Shown: piece by piece, positions 62,365 to 64,000 of the stretch
Layout of the letters: every line of letters starts with the position of its first letter
Numbering within the stretch: the first letter of the stretch is position 1
Origin: Mobula hypostoma
Lineage: Eukaryota
Direction of reading: 5' to 3'
DNA length: 64,000 nt
Assembly (NCBI RefSeq): GCF_963921235.1
Contig: NC_086097.1
Coordinates: 211,174,001 to 211,238,000 of the forward strand
Translations under genes and position numbers: made by a program
Notes under the pieces: model-generated
What the model was told of the DNA's origin: nothing
Database searches by the model: none
The model's input: the letters and a program-made list of their open reading frames with translations, nothing else

Positions 62365-64000
62365 GTTATAGCACTGAAACAGGCCCTTTGGCCATCTAGT
62401 TGATGACGCACTATCAATCTGCTTCGTCCCATCAACTTCCACCCAGAACATAGCCCTCCGCGTCCCTCCCATCCAAGTATCTATCCAAATTTCTCTTAAA
62501 CGTTGAAAGTGAACCCACATCCACCCACTCCTTCTGGCAGTTTGTTCCACACTCTCACCAGCCTCTGAGCGAAAAACCTCTCTCTTATGCTTCCCTGAAA
62601 CATTTCACCTTTCACCCTTAACATATGACCTCTAGTTCTGGTCTGACCTGATCTAAGACGAAAAAGTGTGCTTGCATTGACCTATCTATACCCTCATAAT
62701 CTTGTATACCTCTATCAAATCTCTCCTCAATAAGTCTTAACTTATTCAACCTTTCTCTATAACTCATAACCTCAAGTCTTGGCAAAATCCCTGTAATTTT
62801 TCTCTGCACTCTTTCACCTTAGATTGAATGGCTTGCCATATGAAGAGCACTTGATGGCTCAGGGCCTGTATTCACTAGAATTCAGAAGAATGAGGGGTAA
62901 CCTCATAGAAACCTATTGAATGGTGAAAGGCCTTGATAAAGTAGATATGGAGAGGATGTTTCCAATGGTGGGAGAGTGTAAGACCAGAGGACACAGCCTC
63001 AGAATAGAAGAGCATCCTTTTAGAATGGAGATGAGGAGGAATTTCTTTAGCTAGAGGGTGGTGAATCTGTGGAATTAGAAACATAGAAGCATAGAAAACC
63101 TATAGAACCATACAGACCCTTCGGCCCACAAAGCTGTGCCAAACATGTCCTTACCTTACAACTACCTAGGCTTACCCATAGCCCTCGATTTTTCTATTCT
63201 TTGCCCTAGGCAGCTGTGGAGCCCAAGTCTTTATATACATTTAACATAGAACATAGAAACCTACAGCACATTACAAGCTCACAATGTTGTGCCGACCATG
63301 CAACTTACTCTAGAATCTGCCTAGAATAACCCTACCACATAGTCCTCTATTTTTCTAATCTCCACGTACCTATCTAAGAGTCTCTTAAAAGACACTGTTG
63401 TATCAGCCTCCACCAGCGTCGCTGGCAGTGCATTCCACACACCCACGACTCTCTGTGTAAAAAACTTACCCCTGACAACCCCTCTGTACCTGCTTCCAAG
63501 CACCTTAAAATTACGCCCTCTCTTGTTAGCCGTTTCAGCCCTGGGAAAAAGCCTCTGGCTATCCACATGATCAATGCCTCTCATCATCTTATACACCTCT
63601 GTCAGGTCAGCTCTCATCCTCCGTCGCTCCAAGAAGAAAAGGCCAAGTTCACTCAACCTATTCTCATAAGGTACATTCTTTCTTGTTTATCTATTATTAT
63701 TTTTTAATTTTATTTATTTTTTTTTCTCTGCTAGGTTATGTATTGCATTGAACTGCTGCTGCTAAGTTAACAAATTTCACATCACATGCCGGTGATAATA
63801 AACCCGATTCTGATCCTGAACATCCCTGTAAATCTCCTCTACACTCTTTCTATGGTATCCACATCCTTCCTGTAGTGAGGTCACCGGAACTGAACACAAT
63901 ACTCCAAGTGGGGTCTGACCAAGGTCTTATATAGTTGTAACATTACCTCACGGCTCTTCAACTCAATCCCATGGTTGATGAATGCCAACACACTATACAC
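62365..64000. mobile_element. Cluster of CR1 3' fragments in alternating orientation (62365-62815 -, 62820-63243 + with 63077-63200 - inside, 63245-64000 -) plus a Rex tail at about 63680-63818
   Basis: RGDL/RADL..VYK and FFTQRVV..WN.LP motifs; (CATAGAA)n tails. Confidence 0.88.

Overview
Repeat-dense, apparently non-genic (intergenic or intronic) vertebrate DNA. The mix of CR1, Rex1/Babar, V-SINE and Penelope-like elements suggests a cartilaginous fish, probably a ray (inference). I could not support any host protein-coding exon, rRNA, tRNA or CRISPR array. The recognisable ORFs are degraded transposon coding sequence. The window holds CR1, Rex1/Babar, RTE, L1 and L2 LINE fragments, two decayed Gypsy LTR elements plus solo LTRs, a complete-ended hAT element, Tc1 and hAT MITEs, and SINEs. 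The most interesting system is a family of Penelope-like elements (PLE, GIY-YIG endonuclease C-terminus) that carries a minimal hammerhead ribozyme motif. It repeatedly inserts as head-to-head fold-back palindromes (0.18-1.14 kb) with 11-15 bp target-site duplications (TSDs) and a roughly 30-40 nt 3' tail on one arm only. One copy has captured foreign DNA at its fold. Also notable: a hAT element in which a Tigger/CENP-B DNA-binding fragment sits in the same reading frame as the hAT transposase body, a Gypsy element bounded by two non-overlapping LTR pieces, and an 11 kb nested insertion complex. All family assignments come from recognising motifs by eye; no database search was run. Boundaries without a TSD are approximate.
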